DNA from: a bacterium
Lineage (GTDB): Bacteria; UBA8248
Reading direction: 5' to 3'
NCBI GenBank assembly: GCA_963692865.2
Contig: CAXXHI010000006.1
Location: 1 to 19,487, forward strand
Length of the DNA stretch: 19,487 nucleotides
Below, piece after piece: positions 16,441-19,487 of this stretch. The translations under genes were made by a program, and so were the position numbers. Position 1 is the first letter of the stretch, and each line of letters opens with the position of its first letter. The notes below the pieces were generated by a model that saw nothing but the letters and a program-made list of their open reading frames with translations, did no database searches and was not told the origin of the DNA.

Positions 16441-19311
16441 TTAGAAACCCTGTGCCCGAAGATCCGCCCGAACATCATCGGCATCACGCAAAGCTATCGA
16501 CCGAAGCCAGAATCTCAGCCGGTCGGGTTTCAGCAAAAAGACGAAGTTCCCATCGTAAATTCGGGCGATCCGTGTCACTGTCAGGCTTTCTCCTCGTTCC
16601 TCTCGCAATAGATTGTCCAGCTTGTCGCGCAATTGTTCCGCCCCGGCCCAATCTATCTGCCCAGCACCAAATGAGAACGGCTGACAAAAAATACCGGGCC
16701 AATGATAGGGCTTGAGAGGGGTTAACGGCGTATCCGGATATACGGTGCTGATTTGAGTGGCGAAGACATCGGCAAATAGTTTGAGCTCTTCTACGGTTCC
16801 GGAACGCATCACTACTGAATCACTGCCCTTACGAATGAATTCTCGAATAAAACTCACTACATCGCCCACAAGAATTTCTTCGTTCTCGCTTAGATTGAGC
16901 GACCCTTCTTTCGGGTAAGGAAGCGCCATGATGTCGGCGCTGCCGATTGATGTAGCCCGTTGTGTAAATAGTCGTATACTGATTCCAGCAACATAGGCTT
17001 GCAGTGCAGAAGCGTTTTTCGTAAGCCATTTTTGGATGTGACGTAGTTTAGCAATATCCAGGGCAGGAGCAGCAAATCCAACAATCTCATTCTTATAAGC
17101 TAAATGATGTTTGTTCCAGATTGCATGATACAAATCTTGGTGTTCTTTCACGAGAAGCATCGGTGGAGTAAACCGGCTTGCAGACTTGGGATCCTTGATC
17201 GGTTGGTCGGGAACCTTTGCAATAGAAGATGAATCTATCCCGCCTGAAGTGAGAGCTGTTGTTGGTAGCAATGGACTACCTACGAGGTGATCCGCCGGAT
17301 TCGAGATACCTTTTTGTCCGGCGATGTAGCCTTCGCCAAAATTCCAGCCCCTTTCGGATGCATACTGACCGAGCGTTCGATACTCTTTCAAACGATTAAT
17401 GAATGAGAGAATACGACCACCGCCGAGTAGGTTTGCACGCCAGACGTCGCTATTACCGAATGTAGGTGAGGGGTTCAGCCAATGTAGATCATAGTAATCT
17501 ATATCAAAATCTTGTTCGCCATTAATCCTCCCATTGCGGCGGAAAACTGCATGAAGCAGCTTCGAGGAGGAATCTGGTTTTTCCGAGGACACGACCACGA
17601 TAACAACTTTGGGATCGGCGTGGCCTTTTTTGAATAGGCCCCGCACCGATATGAAATCCAGTACCTCTCGAACGTTCCATTGTCTGAAGAAGTTTTCACG
17701 AAATGACCCTGCGTGCTGATTGTAAAGAAAACCTGCTGGTTGAACCATGCAAAGAACACCGCCATTGGCCACCAGCATCATTGCCTCATGCAGAAAGAGA
17801 TAGGCCAACTGCTTGTCGGCAAGTTGGCCGTGGTTCTTAGTGTATTTATCATAGCTTCTCTGGGATGCGGGAGTAGTCAATCGAGACTGAAAAGGAGGAT
17901 TACCGACAACAACACCGATACGCTTATCAACGAGGGAACGTTCTTTAGCTTCGAAGAAGCAGCTATGGTGAAGCGAGTCGTTAGCGAGTTTAGGGAACAA
18001 ATTCACGCTCGCGCGAATTTCTTCTGGCTCAAGCGCATCACACAGAGCAAGGCAAAGGCTGAATGCTGCAAGTTCGACTGCGGCCTCCTCAAGGTCAATC
18101 CCATGGACCCGCTCTAGGAGTTCTTGCAATTCATCGATGCTTGGTTTTGCCCAGCGGTTCTTGCTACGCCAATGAAGCACAAGTCGCTTATACGCCTCCA
18201 CCAAGAACACTCCGGAACCACAAGCCGGATCCAAAATAACCTCGTTGTTAGCGACGAGATTATCCAAGCTCTCCCAAGGGAGGGCTTCTTCGAGCATTAA
18301 ACGCACTAACTTCGGTGGCGTATAGACCGAAGTATCTGAATCTCTGACAAAGAGTTGGTAAATTTGACTGAGCAACTCAACTGGCAAATCCTTGAACGAA
18401 TAAAGTCGCCAAAAGACCATCTGGCCACTGGGCTCCTCATAGCCTTCCACGAGACGCGCGAAACGCTCAAGTTGCTGGCTAGTCCTTAAAGTGGCTCTCT
18501 CTTCCGCCGTTAGAGAGAAAACATTTCCGTTGAAACGATCCTCAAGCGCTCGCAGCATAGCTATAAGTGCTTCACCATTTCGTAACACGTGGAAGAATCG
18601 GTTCGCGCCTGACAAGAAGCTATTAAAAAAATTTGGCTTGAGAACTCCTCGCTCTTCTAAATAAGCTATCAATAAAGATAGGATCAGCAATCGTCGGCGG
18701 AGTTGTTTGGTGAGTACACGCTTTTCAGTAAGTTCTGCATGGAGGTTGCGAACGACTTCGATCAAATTTCGATGTGCCGCTCTTTGAGCCGAAAGCATTA
18801 ACCTGCAGGCATCCGGATCATCCCAAAGAGTACCATTGCGGATCTGCTTAGCATCCCACCAAGCATCGAGTTCAGCGATTCTGGCCCCGATCTCTAAGAT
18901 CCTGAAAGGTTTGCAGACCTGCACACCATTTCCTGAAATAAAATCTGGATCATGCGCACAGCGAAAGAGTTGCATCTGGCCTGGAACTTTTCGATACAGT
19001 AAGGGCACGCCCCCCCAACTCCAGAGACGTTTATGAAGTTCGGCGAATTTATCGTCATCGGCTCCATCCTTTGACACATAGACAAACGCCTGAGGGATCG
19101 GAGCACGGCCGTTGCGCCCTGCCTCGAAGAAAACTGAGTGTGCATTGTAAGTGAGCGCTTTCTCAATCGTCGCCACCTCTTCCGGCGGGCGACCTAGAGG
19201 ATCGTAGTTTTCGACGCGGACCAAACCATCAATGACACATGCAGCGTCATCTCGGTCGAACTCGGTGAACCACCCAGTCTGGGTATCCGCGTCGAAAAGT
19301 TCTGCGCTCAT
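16441..19311 (-). CDS. Large gamma-class N6-adenine DNA methyltransferase (type IIG/HsdM-like architecture)
   Basis: 956 aa; VELLSQIYQLF, VYTPP, motif I ILDPACGSGVFL, HGIDL, motif IV VVGNPPF, long C-terminal TRD-like region. Confidence 0.9.
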   Translation of the reverse strand: MSAELFDADTQTGWFTEFDRDDAACVIDGLVRVENYDPLGRPPEEVATIEKALTYNAHSVFFEAGRNGRAPIPQAFVYVSKDGADDDKFAELHKRLWSWGGVPLLYRKVPGQMQLFRCAHDPDFISGNGVQVCKPFRILEIGARIAELDAWWDAKQIRNGTLWDDPDACRLMLSAQRAAHRNLIEVVRNLHAELTEKRVLTKQLRRRLLILSLLIAYLEERGVLKPNFFNSFLSGANRFFHVLRNGEALIAMLRALEDRFNGNVFSLTAEERATLRTSQQLERFARLVEGYEEPSGQMVFWRLYSFKDLPVELLSQIYQLFVRDSDTSVYTPPKLVRLMLEEALPWESLDNLVANNEVILDPACGSGVFLVEAYKRLVLHWRSKNRWAKPSIDELQELLERVHGIDLEEAAVELAAFSLCLALCDALEPEEIRASVNLFPKLANDSLHHSCFFEAKERSLVDKRIGVVVGNPPFQSRLTTPASQRSYDKYTKNHGQLADKQLAYLFLHEAMMLVANGGVLCMVQPAGFLYNQHAGSFRENFFRQWNVREVLDFISVRGLFKKGHADPKVVIVVVSSEKPDSSSKLLHAVFRRNGRINGEQDFDIDYYDLHWLNPSPTFGNSDVWRANLLGGGRILSFINRLKEYRTLGQYASERGWNFGEGYIAGQKGISNPADHLVGSPLLPTTALTSGGIDSSSIAKVPDQPIKDPKSASRFTPPMLLVKEHQDLYHAIWNKHHLAYKNEIVGFAAPALDIAKLRHIQKWLTKNASALQAYVAGISIRLFTQRATSIGSADIMALPYPKEGSLNLSENEEILVGDVVSFIREFIRKGSDSVVMRSGTVEELKLFADVFATQISTVYPDTPLTPLKPYHWPGIFCQPFSFGAGQIDWAGAEQLRDKLDNLLREERGESLTVTRIARIYDGNFVFLLKPDRLRFWLRSIALRDADDVRADLRAQGF

Positions 19312-19396
19312 ATGGGTGACACCTTGGATTGCTGCCCACTAAGGGCCAGCGCGCGACTGTCATACTGCCTGGGGATTGAGAAACCGAAGATGGTCA

Positions 19397-19487
19397 TTAT
19401 CCACGCTGCTTATTTGAAGGAGCGAAGTCTTCTTTGATGAGATCGATCATGGTGATCCCTGACTCACCGCGTAGCCCTTGAGTTCTT
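19397..19487 (-). pseudogene. Frameshifted 3' remnant of a small gene, possibly a ribbon-helix-helix partition-type protein
   Basis: ELKGYAVSQG in one frame continues as ITMIDLIKEDFAPSNKQRG-stop in another after an apparent 1-nt loss near 19457-19459. Family resemblance is recalled, not searched; truncated by the window edge. Confidence 0.35.

Noticed and set aside
1-19487. CRISPR array, tRNA, rRNA, transposase or integrase
   Set aside because: No regularly spaced direct repeats, cloverleaf motifs or recombinase motifs were seen by eye.

Overview
A GC-rich bacterial chromosomal window with a lower-GC accessory block at the right end. Left part (+ strand): 3' end of gatC, a menaquinone-type ubiD/ubiA/ubiE cluster, an orphan AceE-like TPP enzyme and a BCCT transporter. 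Middle: a thermonuclease remnant and paired hairpins; a self-contained minus-strand unit (sigma70 promoter, structured leader closed by a perfect 18-bp inverted repeat, small Cys-containing secreted protein, terminator); a stand-alone OLD-like ABC-ATPase/TOPRIM gene; a cyclic amidohydrolase preceded by a possible pseudoknot riboswitch; a Phd/ParE toxin-antitoxin pair; and an operon of an atypical deaminase-family amidohydrolase plus a single-barrel MetE-like enzyme. Right end (about 15570-19487, lower GC by eye): a large gamma-class N6-adenine methyltransferase whose N-terminal domain lacks a clear nuclease motif, tightly coupled to a separate small PD-(D/E)xK protein, and a frameshifted gene remnant. 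The best candidates for undescribed biology are the MTase/nuclease pair, the structured RNA at 8299-8406 and the pseudoknot at 10569-10622. All calls come from reading motifs by eye; no searches were run.
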